Below are positions 10,289-20,408 of a DNA stretch of 64,000 bases, in pieces. The stretch is from Candidatus Latescibacterota bacterium. Its GTDB lineage: Bacteria; Latescibacterota; UBA2968; GCA-2709665. The first letter of the stretch is position 1. Each line of letters begins with the position of its first letter. The stretch covers positions 2,016,001-2,080,000 of the forward strand of contig OZ252100.1 in NCBI GenBank assembly GCA_965248435.1, read 5' to 3'. The notes below the pieces were generated by a model, which had not been told where the DNA came from, did no database searches, and saw only the letters and a list, made by a program, of their open reading frames with translations. The translations under genes and the position numbers were made by a program.

Positions 10289-11131
10289 CTAAGAAATCCT
10301 CTCCTGATGTGCATAGATATTGAATCCCCGGTCTCGCACAAACCCGGCCAGCGTCATTCCGATATCAGCAGCCAGGTCCACCGCAAGCGAGCTTGCCGCT
10401 GACACACTCGTCACGATCGGGATCCGGGCCACGGCCGCCTTCTGAACGATCTCGAAACTCGACCGCCCGCTCGCGCAGAGGATCGCGGGCTGAGGTCCGC
10501 CCGAGTCGGCTGTCGGACTCAGCAAGCCATCGTATAAAAGCGCCCCGACTGCCTTATCCACCGCGTTGTGCCGCCCCACATCCTCGTGGCAGGCCAGCAG
10601 CTCGCCCTGGGCCGAAAAAATCGCCGCTGCGTGCACCCCGCCCGTCTCGGCGAACGTCGGCTGGCTCTTGCGCAGCCGGTCCATAATGCCCAGCAACAGG
10701 TCGAGCGATACGACCGGCCCCGAAGGCATCGACCGGCATCGCTCCACGAGGTCATCCACGCTCTGTCGCCCACAGACACCGCACGCCGACGTCGTCAACG
10801 TGCCTCGCCGCGTTGCGGTTACCCGCTCCAGGTCCAGAGACACGCCCGGTGCCGGAAGCACGTCGATCGCGTTTCCGTAGCCCTCCGTCCCGGGACGCCC
10901 GCAGTGAAACACGCGTCCCACATCGTCGATCGAATCTACGACCCCTTCAGCGAGCAGAAACCCCACAGCAAGCTTCGCGTCCTCGCCGGGCGTCCGCATC
11001 GTAATGGCCAACGGATCGCCTGCTACACGAATCTCCAGCGGCTCTTCGATCGCTATGCTGTCCTCGGACTCTCCGGCCCGCGCACCGTCCTTTACGCGTG
11101 ATACAGAACGCGTTGTGATTCCTGGATTCAA
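10289..11131 (-). CDS. fdhD: Formate dehydrogenase accessory sulfurtransferase
   Basis: EEPLEI, TMRTPG, SACGVCG, TGGVHAAA, EDVGRHNAVDK. Confidence 0.95.
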   Translation of the reverse strand: MNPGITTRSVSRVKDGARAGESEDSIAIEEPLEIRVAGDPLAITMRTPGEDAKLAVGFLLAEGVVDSIDDVGRVFHCGRPGTEGYGNAIDVLPAPGVSLDLERVTATRRGTLTTSACGVCGRQSVDDLVERCRSMPSGPVVSLDLLLGIMDRLRKSQPTFAETGGVHAAAIFSAQGELLACHEDVGRHNAVDKAVGALLYDGLLSPTADSGGPQPAILCASGRSSFEIVQKAAVARIPIVTSVSAASSLAVDLAADIGMTLAGFVRDRGFNIYAHQERIS

Positions 11132-11137
11132 CTGGAA

Positions 11138-11244
11138 ATCCCCCTTAATCCCCCTTTGAGAATGGAGGAAAGGTGTTCTTGCGGTACCCGAACCCCGGTA
11201 CCCGTGTTTTTCCTTCCCCAGGGCGACGCGTGCGTCGCCCCTAC
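11138..11244. repeat. Cluster of REP-like palindromes including a GTAG-type REP
   Basis: Minus strand GTAGGGGCGACGCACGCGTCGCCC at 11221-11244; CCCCCTTAATCCCCCTTT-type element at ~11140. Confidence 0.65.
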
Positions 11245-11278
11245 ACCGCCGATCTCTTATGATATCCGGTACACGGCT

Positions 11279-13990
11279 TTACGCTGGCTCCACCCTCACG
11301 GGACACACTTTCAGTTCCGCCGTCTGCGTAATCGGATCGTAGCCCGACCCGGTAAGCACATTCACCGGCACATCGCTGAAGCTGAAGCTCGCAAACACCG
11401 TTCCGCGAGGTGAGCGCTCGGTCGCCTTGACCTTGATCCTGACCGAACCGCGCGAGCTCGACATCTGGCACCACCCACCATCCTCGAGTCCCAGGCTCAC
11501 AACATCGTTGGGGTGGACTTCAAGAGACTCTTCGGGGAGCAGATAGTCGATCCCCTGCGAACGTCCCGTCTGTGTGCGTGTATGATACGACTGGAGCCGG
11601 CGTCCCGTCGTCAACCAGACCGGGAAGTCTGCGCTTACCGTCTCGGCAGGGTTGCGATACCGGTGCTGTGTAAATTTCCCACGGCCGTTAACGAACTCAT
11701 CCTGATGCAGAATCGGTGTGCCGGGGTGCCCTGCGTCCGGCACGGGCCAGTGATATTCGCCATTCTCGATCCGATCCCAATCCAGACCGTGATAGATGGG
11801 TGACACCTCACAGAGTTCGTTAAAGATCTCCTTTGGCGTGTTGTAATCGAACCCCTTGAATCCAAGCCGCTTCGCAATCTCGCAGACGATCCACCAGTCC
11901 GGTCTGGCCTCTCCAGGCGGTGGGACAGCCGCCCTGAGACGTTGCACGCGTCGCTCCGTATTCGTGCACACCCCGTCGGTCTCGCCCCACGAGGTGGCGG
12001 GCAGCACAACGTCGGCAAGCTCGGCAGTATCCGTCAGAAAGATGTCAATCACGACGAGGTGATCCAGGCTCTTCAGCGCGCGCTCACAGTGCTCTCGATT
12101 CGGGTCTGACAGCAGCGTATTCTCCCCGTCGATCAGCATCGCCCGAACCTGGTCCCCGCACTGATCCAGCGCCGTTACCTTCGTGATGCCCTTCTCGATG
12201 TCGACCTCGGTCCCGTAGAGCGCCTTGAACTTGGCCTGATTCGCCGGCTCGGTCACCGGCTGGAAGCCCGGGTAGTTGTTCGGGATCGCGCCGCTGTCCC
12301 CGGCACCCTGGATGTTGTTCTGACCCCGCATCGGGTTGATGCCGGTTCCCTCGCGCCCGATGTTTCCGGTCATAAGCGCCAGGTTTCCGAGGCTCTGCAC
12401 ATTGTCCACACCGCAGATATGCTCGGTGATCCCGAGCGTATAGTAGATCGCCCCTCTATCCGCCTTCCCGTAGAGGACAGCCGCGCTTTCGATCTCTTCT
12501 GCCGGCACCCCGGTGATCCGCTCCGCCCATTCCGGAGGATACTCCTGGATGTGCTCGAGAAAGGCCGCTCCGTCCACCGTCCGGTCGTGGATAAAGTCCT
12601 CATCCACAAGCCCCTCTCTCGCGATCACGTGCGCCATGCCGAGCAGGAGCGCCACATCCGACCCGACGCGAAGCGGCAGGTAGACATCCGCCAGGTCCGC
12701 CAGCGGAATCCTTCGCGGGTCTGCCACGATGAGCTTCGCCCCGCGCGCCAGCGCGCGCTTCAGCCGCGTGGCGGCCACCGGATGGCATTCCGTCATGTTC
12801 GTCCCGATGCAGAAGATCACATCCGGTTTTTCCATGTCGGCCAGGGGGTTCGACATTGCACCGCGTCCGATCGTGGCTGCCAGACCGGCAACCGTCGGAG
12901 CGTGTCAAGCACGGCTGCAGTTGTCGATGTAGTTCGTACCCAGCCCCGCACGGATGAACTTCTGCATCGTGTAGGCCGCCTCGTTTGGGGCCCTTCCCGA
13001 CGCTACACCGTAGATGCTGTATCTGCCGTAGGCGTCACGCGCCTTGCGGAACCCCTCCGCCGCGACGTCCAGCGCCTCGTCCCATTCCGTCTCGTGCAGT
13101 GCCCCGTCTTCCCCTCTTACGAGTGGCTTCTTCAGGCGATCCGCGTGATGCACGAAATCGAACGCGAACTGGCCCTTCACGCAGAGTGCACCCAGGTTCG
13201 CGGGGCCGTCCATCGCAGGCTGGATACCCACAATCTGCTCTCCCTTCGTCAGCACGTCCACCGAGCAGCCCACACCGCAATAGGCGCAGATCGTCCGCGT
13301 CTTTTCGATCGGCCCGGGCGTATCCTCTGAACGAAGCGCCTTCCTGTCGGCGAGCGCGCCCGTCGGGCAGGTCTGTACGCACTGACCGCAGAACGTGCAG
13401 GAGGAATCCTTCAGAAGTCCGTCGAACTCCGTTGTGATCTGCGTGTGGAAACCTCGATCCATCATACTAATCGCATAGTCTCCCTCCTGCTCCGCGCAGA
13501 CGCGCACGCAGCGGTAGCACGAAATACAGAGGTCATAGTCCCGCATCAGAAACGGGTTGTCGTCCTCGGCCTTGCTCCGGCCCGACTGTTTGCCTGAAAA
13601 ACGTCCGCTGCGCGCGTCGTACTGGTCCACCAACGTCTTGAGCTCTTGAGACGCATAGCTTCGCAGCGGATCCACGTCGACCTCTCGGTTCTCGGATGCC
13701 ACCATCTCCAGCAGCACTTTCCGAAACCGCTCGACCCTCTCTGTGTGCGTCTGCACGACCATGTCGGGCGTCGCCTTCGTCGTACACGAAGCCACCGGGT
13801 TGCGGGACCCCTCCACCTCGACAACGCAGAGGCGGCAGCTCCCGAATGCATCCAGACGGGGATCATAACACAGGGTCGGGATCTGAACCTCCTCCCGCTC
13901 AGCGATCTCGTAGAGGGTCTCCCCTGGCGAATAGCTCACCTCTTCTCCATTCAGCGTGATCCAGTGCTTCGAATCCGCGGTCGGACCCAT
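11279..13990 (-). CDS. fdhF: Selenocysteine-containing formate dehydrogenase alpha subunit (2Fe-2S/4Fe-4S + Mo/W-bis-PGD), one gene read through UGA at 12905-12907
   Basis: ORFs 12905..13990 and 11279..12856 are in frame across DNCSRA-[TGA]-HAPTVAGL, the FdhF Sec motif; CAYCGVGC; RGQNNIQG. Confidence 0.93.
12867..12899 (-). promoter_or_regulatory. Bacterial SECIS element
   Basis: About 11 nt after UGA: GGTTGCC-GGTCT-GGCAGCC hairpin, resembling the E. coli fdhF SECIS. Confidence 0.85.
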
Positions 13991-14021
13991 TTTCGCCTGT
14001 CCTTTCTCGGCCTGCCGGAGT

Positions 14022-15689
14022 TTATGTAGACCCGACGTGTCGTTCTACTGCCTCAGGGAAGAACCTCATCAAACTCTCAGTGATCAATGGCGCGGCAATT
14101 CCGAGGCCGCAGGCGCTCACGGCCTTCATCGTCTCACCGATCTCCGACACCTCTTCCAGCCACAGATCGACGTCCTGCGGTCCGGCCTCACCCGCCAGTC
14201 TTTCCGTCAGACGCTGGGTACCGATTCGACACGGAAAGCACTTTCCGCACGACTCCTCCGCGAAAAAGGCCATTCCTTCACGCGCAACGCTCAGGATATC
14301 CCTGCTATCGTCAAACACCATGATGCCCCCGGCGCCAAGGAAGGAACCCTGCTCGCGAATGCTGGCTTCGTCCAACGTGACCTCGAGCGCCTCTCCGGCC
14401 AGGAATCCACCCGACAGCCCGGCCATCGTTACCGCCTGAATCGAACGCCCACCCAGCGGACCCCCCGCCCATTCGTGAAGCAGGGTCTGCAGCGGCAGCC
14501 CCAGAGGCACCTCGTAGTTTCCGGGTTTCTGGATATCCCCTGAAAGACTGATCACCTTCGTCCCGGCCTGACCGTTCATCCCCAGGCCCTGGTACCAATC
14601 GGCCCCACGGCGCAGAATCTGCGGCGTCGCCACAAGCGTCTCTACATTATTAACAACCGTCGGCAGATTGTCGTAGCCGTGCGTCACAGGGAACGGCGGG
14701 CGATTTCTCGGAAAGGGGTGCTTTCCTTCCAGGCTGTTCAGGAGGGAGCCCTCTTCCCCGCACACGTAGGCGCCGGCCCCCCTTCGAAGGTAAAGAGTGA
14801 AATCGAAATCCTTATCCAGAATCCGCTCGCCCAGGAGCCGCGCTCCCTCCGCTTCGGAAATCGCCCGTTCCAGGGTCCGCAGCGTATCCGGGTACTCATA
14901 TCGGAGATAGATGAATCCACGCGTTGCCCCGGTCGCGTAAGCGGCGAGCAGCATCCCCTCGATCACGGCGTGAGGGTCGTAATCCAGAATCGCCCGGTCC
15001 TTGAAACATCCCGGTTCTCCTTCGTCCGCATTGCAGACGATCGTCTTCGGCTCACGCGGTGCTTCCGAGACCGCTTTCCACTTCTGGCCGGTCGGAAACC
15101 CTGCCCCGCCCCGGCCTGCCAGCTTGCTTTCCGTAATCAGCGCGACGACTTCCTCCGGCTTCATCTCCCTCACGGCGCGTTCAAGCCCCTCATACCCACC
15201 CGTCCCTCGGTAGCCCTCGATCCGCGCTCGATTCGGCTCGCGAATCGAGGAGAAGACGCACTCTTTCACGCGACCCGGGTTCGGCGCAGGGAGGCCGCTG
15301 GGTCGGTCCTCCAGCCCGCTCGGGGTCGTCCCCACGAGCACGCGGTCCCCTTTGAGCACGGGGACGGGATCGTCACACCTTCCTGCGCAGGGCATCGCGG
15401 CCGCGCCCTCACTCTCGAGCTGCTTCAGCATTTCCGGACCGCCCCTCAACCCGCAGACCGGACCGGTGCAGACCTTGGGCGACTTCTGACCACCAGGCGT
15501 CCGAGACAGGTGGTGGTAAAATGACACCGTCCCGAAAAGCTCAGCGAGTGGAATCCCCAGCGCGGCCGAAACCTGCCGGATCGCCTCGTCCGAAACAAAC
15601 CCGTCCCGGTCCTGAAACGCGTGGAGGAGCGGAAGGAGAGGCGCCGGTTGTTCTCGCCACGTGTCGATTAATTGTTCGTCGCTTACCAT
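14022..15689 (-). CDS. NuoE-NuoF-like fused NADH/FMN-binding diaphorase subunit of the FDH
   Basis: GTVSFYHH, CTGPVC (NuoE-like); GRGGAGFPTG, CNADEGEPG, GAGAYVCGEE, ESCGKCFPCRIG (NuoF). Confidence 0.92.
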   Translation of the reverse strand: MVSDEQLIDTWREQPAPLLPLLHAFQDRDGFVSDEAIRQVSAALGIPLAELFGTVSFYHHLSRTPGGQKSPKVCTGPVCGLRGGPEMLKQLESEGAAAMPCAGRCDDPVPVLKGDRVLVGTTPSGLEDRPSGLPAPNPGRVKECVFSSIREPNRARIEGYRGTGGYEGLERAVREMKPEEVVALITESKLAGRGGAGFPTGQKWKAVSEAPREPKTIVCNADEGEPGCFKDRAILDYDPHAVIEGMLLAAYATGATRGFIYLRYEYPDTLRTLERAISEAEGARLLGERILDKDFDFTLYLRRGAGAYVCGEEGSLLNSLEGKHPFPRNRPPFPVTHGYDNLPTVVNNVETLVATPQILRRGADWYQGLGMNGQAGTKVISLSGDIQKPGNYEVPLGLPLQTLLHEWAGGPLGGRSIQAVTMAGLSGGFLAGEALEVTLDEASIREQGSFLGAGGIMVFDDSRDILSVAREGMAFFAEESCGKCFPCRIGTQRLTERLAGEAGPQDVDLWLEEVSEIGETMKAVSACGLGIAAPLITESLMRFFPEAVERHVGST

Positions 15690-15719
15690 CGTTTAACTCA
15701 ACGCTACTATCAGCTGGTC

Positions 15720-15813
15720 GATTCTGGAGTATTGCAGTACTGGAGTAATCGGAAAAACCAGCACCTTGGGCCTGTCTTTCCACTACTCCAACACTCCATT
15801 ACTCCATTCCCCC
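15720..15813. repeat. 8-nt-periodic inverted-repeat element, copy 2
   Basis: ctggagtattgcagtactggagtaatcgg...cactactccaacactccattactcc. Confidence 0.75.
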
Positions 15814-15911
15814 AGCACTGGCCCTTTTTTGGCATCATTCCGAATGCATGTTGTATAATATAGCCCAATAAATCAATTGTAATCAAGACATTCGCCAATT
15901 AGGACGTGTAG

Positions 15912-16883
15912 ATGCCCGACATTTCCAGGTTTGAGGTACCGATCGCGCAAGATCTCAAGAAGGAGATGAACGAACTCTGGCACGAGACCCTGGAAAAGCC
16001 CCTAAACGCCATGGCAGCGGAACTGGCGGGTAAGGAGCTCGATCACAACCGACTGATCTTCTACCTGACCCGTCAGGGGGAGGCGCTCGCCGGAACGACC
16101 TCCATCACCATCCCCGTAGCGAACCCGGATCTTGGTGGATTGGGCGAGGTGGCCACGGAACCGGAGTTTCGCCGCAGAGGCATCGCGTATCGACTCTGTG
16201 AACACGCCCGCGATGAATTTCGGGAAGCAGGGGGCAAGGCCATCTTTCTGGCCACCGGCAATGGGGTCGCCCGACGCGTGTATACGCGTCTCGGGTGGCA
16301 GAGGCTCGCGAACGCGAACGTGATGGCCTGCATCGCCGGCGGTGCCTCGGCCGAGGAGTTCATGGTCGGCTACTTCGGACAACCTGCAGACGTTACCGTC
16401 CGACCGGCCTCTGCGGCCGAGCGTGTCCCGATGATACCGCTCCTGATCAACCCTCACGACTGGCAGGTGCTGGACGCGAACGTCGTCGGAATGCATTCAA
16501 CGCGTCAGGTCCTTCAGAATTCCTGCATGGGTCTCTATACCCGATACACGAAGGCGATTACGGCCGGGAAGGGGACGTGGTTCTGTGCACGTACATCGGA
16601 CGGCAGGCTCGTCGGCCTGTCGACGGTCTGTCTGGACGACGAGGGCGGATGCTGCGTCGATGGATTCGCGCACCGAAATTTCATGGAGGTGTGGGAAGAC
16701 CTGATCCAGGCGGCAGCAGGTTGGGGTGCTAACCAGGGCGCGAAGGTCACCCGCGCCCTGCTTGCCGTCGAAGATGAGGACAAGCGCGCCCATTTCGAAT
16801 CTCTCGGATTCCGCGAGGTCGGCAAGGGCGAGGATTTCGATTTTCGCGGGCTGACCAAACCCTCCCTTCGCTTTGAACGATAG
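15912..16883 (+). CDS. Tandem GNAT acetyltransferase
   Basis: VATEPEFRRRGIA, ARRVYTRLGW; second degenerate GNAT domain ending FESLGF. Confidence 0.85.
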   Translation: MPDISRFEVPIAQDLKKEMNELWHETLEKPLNAMAAELAGKELDHNRLIFYLTRQGEALAGTTSITIPVANPDLGGLGEVATEPEFRRRGIAYRLCEHARDEFREAGGKAIFLATGNGVARRVYTRLGWQRLANANVMACIAGGASAEEFMVGYFGQPADVTVRPASAAERVPMIPLLINPHDWQVLDANVVGMHSTRQVLQNSCMGLYTRYTKAITAGKGTWFCARTSDGRLVGLSTVCLDDEGGCCVDGFAHRNFMEVWEDLIQAAAGWGANQGAKVTRALLAVEDEDKRAHFESLGFREVGKGEDFDFRGLTKPSLRFER

Positions 16884-16906
16884 GTGTCTAACCAGCGTGG
16901 ATACCG

Positions 16907-17407
16907 ATGAGCCGGAAGATTCGATGGGAAGGTTTGCTAATCTCAGTCGAGCCCCGGATTCGCCTGAGCCGCTCTTTTGATCAGCGTTATCATTCGTATC
17001 TCGGGTATGTTCTCAGAATCAGGGGAGTGCTCGGGGATTCGGAGCAAGAGGTCCTGATTGCCGTAGGAAAAGCGGCTCATGCAAAGCATCGGTTTCGCGT
17101 AGGAGATCGCATCAAGGGTGAGTCTGAACCTGTATTGGATAGCCGGCTGGAGTGCGCTAAATTCTACAAGACAGTCAAGCTGAGCGTAATTGTAGGTGCC
17201 GGAAATGTGTCTCCGGAGCCGCCTCCGTGGCTTGGGATTGCACCAGATTTGGAGACCTATCAGCTGCGGGGACATCGGCGCCTGGCCGCTCGAACGTATG
17301 ATGCCAAATGTCGGTCTTGCATTTGGGGCTGTCCGAGTCCAAGTACCGGGAAACGAGGTCAAGGTCCCGGGGCGTCAGGACGTGCCTTAAGGGTAAATAT
17401 CCTATGA
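16907..17407 (+). pseudogene. Conserved-looking hypothetical protein, probably truncated or frameshifted after CxxCIWGC
   Basis: Plausible protein up to KCRSCIWGC, then a low-quality tail; another frame carries KVPGR. Confidence 0.45.
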
Positions 17408-17499
17408 TCAGGAGCGCCTACCTCAATGAGCGCCGCTCACCCTTCTTCATTCTCTTTGCTCCGCTGAGAGGCGGTGTGAGGACCAGAGACGGACTGCCA

Positions 17500-17745
17500 A
17501 TGGGAGCTGCATTCACAGCCAAGCAAGGCCAGTACCTGGCTTTTATCCACAACTATTCGATGATCCACAGCGTGCCCCCGGCCGAAGCTGACATCCAGAG
17601 GTATTTCAACGTGACGCCGCCAACGGTTCACCAGATGATTCTCCGGCTTCAAGAGAAAGGCTTGATCACCCGCGCCCCGGGGCAGGCGAGAACAGTCCGG
17701 GTCCTCCTGGACCCGAATGAGATTCCCAGACTTGGGGATGCCTGA
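17500..17745 (+). CDS. Stand-alone LexA-like winged-HTH DNA-binding protein
   Basis: FTAKQGQYLAFIHNY...PPAEADIQRYFNVTPPTVHQMILRLQEKGLITRAPGQAR. Confidence 0.8.
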   Translation: MGAAFTAKQGQYLAFIHNYSMIHSVPPAEADIQRYFNVTPPTVHQMILRLQEKGLITRAPGQARTVRVLLDPNEIPRLGDA

Positions 17746-17798
17746 TGAGTCGGTGCGGTAGACAGCCAAAGGGTTAAGATGCCCGGGCTAAGGAAATT

Positions 17799-18530
17799 GT
17801 GATGAGGGATTCAGTCGTCATCGTTGGAGGCGCAGGTGGAATCGGTTCAGCTGTCGTCGACCGATTCGTACAAGCAGGATCATCAGTGATCATCGGGGAC
17901 ATCGATCAGGAATCGGGTGTACGTCTTGCGGATTCCTACGGTGACGAGGGCCAGTTTGAGCGGGTCGATGTATGCGATCAATCCTCGATAGACGATTTCG
18001 CTGAGGCAGTTGGCCAAAAATGCACGAGCGTGAGACACCTTGTCAGCCTCGCAGGGGCGGCCCTCCCCGGTGAGTTCGAGGAGGGCTTGGGTCTCGGCGC
18101 GCAGACCATCAAGGACTCCATCGCGCTGAACCTGACGAGTCACATTCTGCTCACACAGGCGCTCCAGCCGCTCCTCGGCGAGGGCTCGAGCGTCGTTGTC
18201 GTCTCTTCGATCAACGCGGTGAAGGACTACCGCCTGCCCGCCTACAGTTCCGCAAAGGCCGGCCTGCTGGGGTTTATCCGCTCATGTGCAACCGAGCTCG
18301 GCGAAAAGCAGGTTCGTATCAACGCGGTTTTACCCGGCACCGTCGCGACCCCGCGCACCCTGAGCCAGCCCAAGAATTTCGAAACCCTGCGTCAAGGCAC
18401 CGCCCTCGGCAGACTCGCGACCCCGGAAGAAATCGCGCAAGTCGTATACGCTTTATGTGAGCTGATGACGTGTGTTACCGGCCAGACCATCATCGCCGAC
18501 TGTGGGCAGGTGGTTAAGGGTGATTTGTAG
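17799..18530 (+). CDS. SDR-family oxidoreductase
   Basis: GGAGGIG, YSSAK, VRINAVLPG. Confidence 0.92.
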   Translation: MMRDSVVIVGGAGGIGSAVVDRFVQAGSSVIIGDIDQESGVRLADSYGDEGQFERVDVCDQSSIDDFAEAVGQKCTSVRHLVSLAGAALPGEFEEGLGLGAQTIKDSIALNLTSHILLTQALQPLLGEGSSVVVVSSINAVKDYRLPAYSSAKAGLLGFIRSCATELGEKQVRINAVLPGTVATPRTLSQPKNFETLRQGTALGRLATPEEIAQVVYALCELMTCVTGQTIIADCGQVVKGDL

Positions 18531-18554
18531 CAACTGACATTGGATCGCTGTCCA

Positions 18555-18733
18555 AGACCGCGGACCACAGAGCAAGGACCGCGGCGGTAAGGTAAAAGAA
18601 GCTACGCATGATCGCAGATCACGGACCACAGACGGCTAAAAAAGCATGAAACATCACCCTATTCATCCTGCGGTCCTCGGTCCGCTGTCGGCCGTCTGCC
18701 TTTAGGCGGTCTGCCGTCTGTCGTCTGCGGTCT
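18555..18733. repeat. Intergenic ~7-nt-periodic inverted-repeat element (GACCGC/AGACGGC ... GCCGTCT/GCGGTC)
   Basis: gaccgcggaccacag...gaccacagacggc on the left; gcggtctgccgtctgtcgtctgcggtc on the right. Confidence 0.6.
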
Positions 18734-18765
18734 TATTATCACGGTTGTATCAAGGAGGAGCTAAC

Positions 18766-20262
18766 GTGGCCAATAGACAAGCCCTTCGTTTTCCAGATCT
18801 GGCCCCCGAGCTTACATCTCGTAGAGCCCTCGACTTCCTCAAGTTCTTCGGGCCGGGCGCCATCATCGCCTCCGTAACGATCGGAAGCGGCGAAACTGTC
18901 TGGGCATCCCGAAGTGGTGCCATATTCGGGTATTCCTTGTTCTGGGCCTTCAGCCTCTTCTGTCTGACAAAGGCGATTCAGGTCTACACGGCTGCGCGCT
19001 ACATGACGCTGACCGGAGAGCACCCCATCGAAAAGTGGTCCATCCTCCCCGGTCCACGCGCCTGGTTCCCCGCGTTCACCGGTCTCGTCGTGATCGTTGC
19101 AACCCCATTCTATCTCTCCAGCCTGCCCATTATGCTGGGCACGATCACGTCCTGGATCCTCTTCGACGACCCGGGGCTCTATCCCCACGCCATCGCCATC
19201 ATCTTCATCGTCCTCCTGATCATCCTTACCCTTCTCCAGAGCTATGGGTTTCTGGAGAGGGCCCAGTTCTCTCTGGTGGGGGTGATGCTCGTCTTGATGA
19301 TCATCGCCACGTTCGCCTGCAATCCTGACTGGACGGCCGCTCTGTCGGGCGCCGTCGTTCCGACCTTCCCGAGATATCCAGACTGGATCGTGAACTTTCC
19401 CGCCTTCGCCGACCGAACCCTCATCGTCGAAATGGTGGCCTACATGGGGGTCATGGGTGGCGGAGTGCAGGACTACATCGGATACATCGGCATGCTTAGA
19501 GAAAAGACCTGGGGGATGATCGGACACGCCGAAAGGAAGGGTGCGACTCCTGGAGACCCCGTCCTGCTCTCAGAAGATGAGGAGAACGTCCGGGTCGGTC
19601 TGGCCTGGCTGAAGGCCCCGGTGATCGACACCTGGGTCTCCTTCGGAACGGTGTTGATCTTCACCGCCACCTTCCTGATCCTGGGTGCAACTTTGCTGTA
19701 TCCGAAGCAGATCGTGCCTACGGGAATGGATCTCTACAACCACCAGGTCGTCTTCCTGACTCAACTGCACCCCGGAGAGGAGATAAGGCTCTTTTTGGCG
19801 GGGATCTACAAGGCCGGCGTCTTCTTTGCCATCTTCGGCACGGTCTACGGCGCCTACGAGCTCTACGTGAGGACGGCGCACGAATGCATACACGTAATCA
19901 CACCCAGATGGCACAACCTGGAGCTCGACCAGATGAGGCTCCCCATCCTGGTCTACAACGGAGTAGCCGGAATCTGCCTGGTCCTCGTCGCCTGGTGGAC
20001 GGCCTACAATGACCCGCAGGGCGTGGGATGGAACCCGATCTCGATTATGACCATACCCCTTCACATCACCGGCGTCCTGTTCGCCGGCCCCTGGTGCTTC
20101 GCGATGATATGGGCCGACCGAACCTTCCTCCCCAAACCGTTTCAGATGGGTCGGCTCCTCGTCGCCCTGAACGCCCTCTGCGGGCTGGCCTTCTTCTTCT
20201 TCGGCGCCAGGGCGCTCTACGATGACTTGCAGCCGGTCTTTAGTTGGTTCGCGGGACATTAA
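18766..20262 (+). CDS. Nramp-like (APC superfamily) membrane transporter
   Basis: FGPGAIIASVTIGSGE, ~11 hydrophobic segments; GTG start after AGGAGG. Confidence 0.8.
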   Translation: MANRQALRFPDLAPELTSRRALDFLKFFGPGAIIASVTIGSGETVWASRSGAIFGYSLFWAFSLFCLTKAIQVYTAARYMTLTGEHPIEKWSILPGPRAWFPAFTGLVVIVATPFYLSSLPIMLGTITSWILFDDPGLYPHAIAIIFIVLLIILTLLQSYGFLERAQFSLVGVMLVLMIIATFACNPDWTAALSGAVVPTFPRYPDWIVNFPAFADRTLIVEMVAYMGVMGGGVQDYIGYIGMLREKTWGMIGHAERKGATPGDPVLLSEDEENVRVGLAWLKAPVIDTWVSFGTVLIFTATFLILGATLLYPKQIVPTGMDLYNHQVVFLTQLHPGEEIRLFLAGIYKAGVFFAIFGTVYGAYELYVRTAHECIHVITPRWHNLELDQMRLPILVYNGVAGICLVLVAWWTAYNDPQGVGWNPISIMTIPLHITGVLFAGPWCFAMIWADRTFLPKPFQMGRLLVALNALCGLAFFFFGARALYDDLQPVFSWFAGH

Positions 20263-20301
20263 TACGGTCAACCGGTTCAGGTCACGCTGCCAGCTTCCCG
20301 A

Positions 20302-20396
20302 TCCTGGAGTATTGCAGCACTGGAGTGCTGGAGTATTGGAAAAACCATCATTCCCTGGTTTCCCATTACTCCAATACTCCATTACTCCAATACCCC
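20302..20396. repeat. 8-nt-periodic inverted-repeat element, copy 3
   Basis: ctggagtattgcagcactggagtgctggagtattgg...cccattactccaatactccattactcc. Confidence 0.75.
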
Positions 20397-20408
20397 AGTG
20401 ATTACGCT

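Noticed and set aside
12857-12907. FDH pseudogene or split gene
   Set aside because: The TGA is at the Sec position and is followed by a SECIS hairpin.
17500-17745. lexA
   Set aside because: Only the HTH domain is present; there is no S24 peptidase domain.
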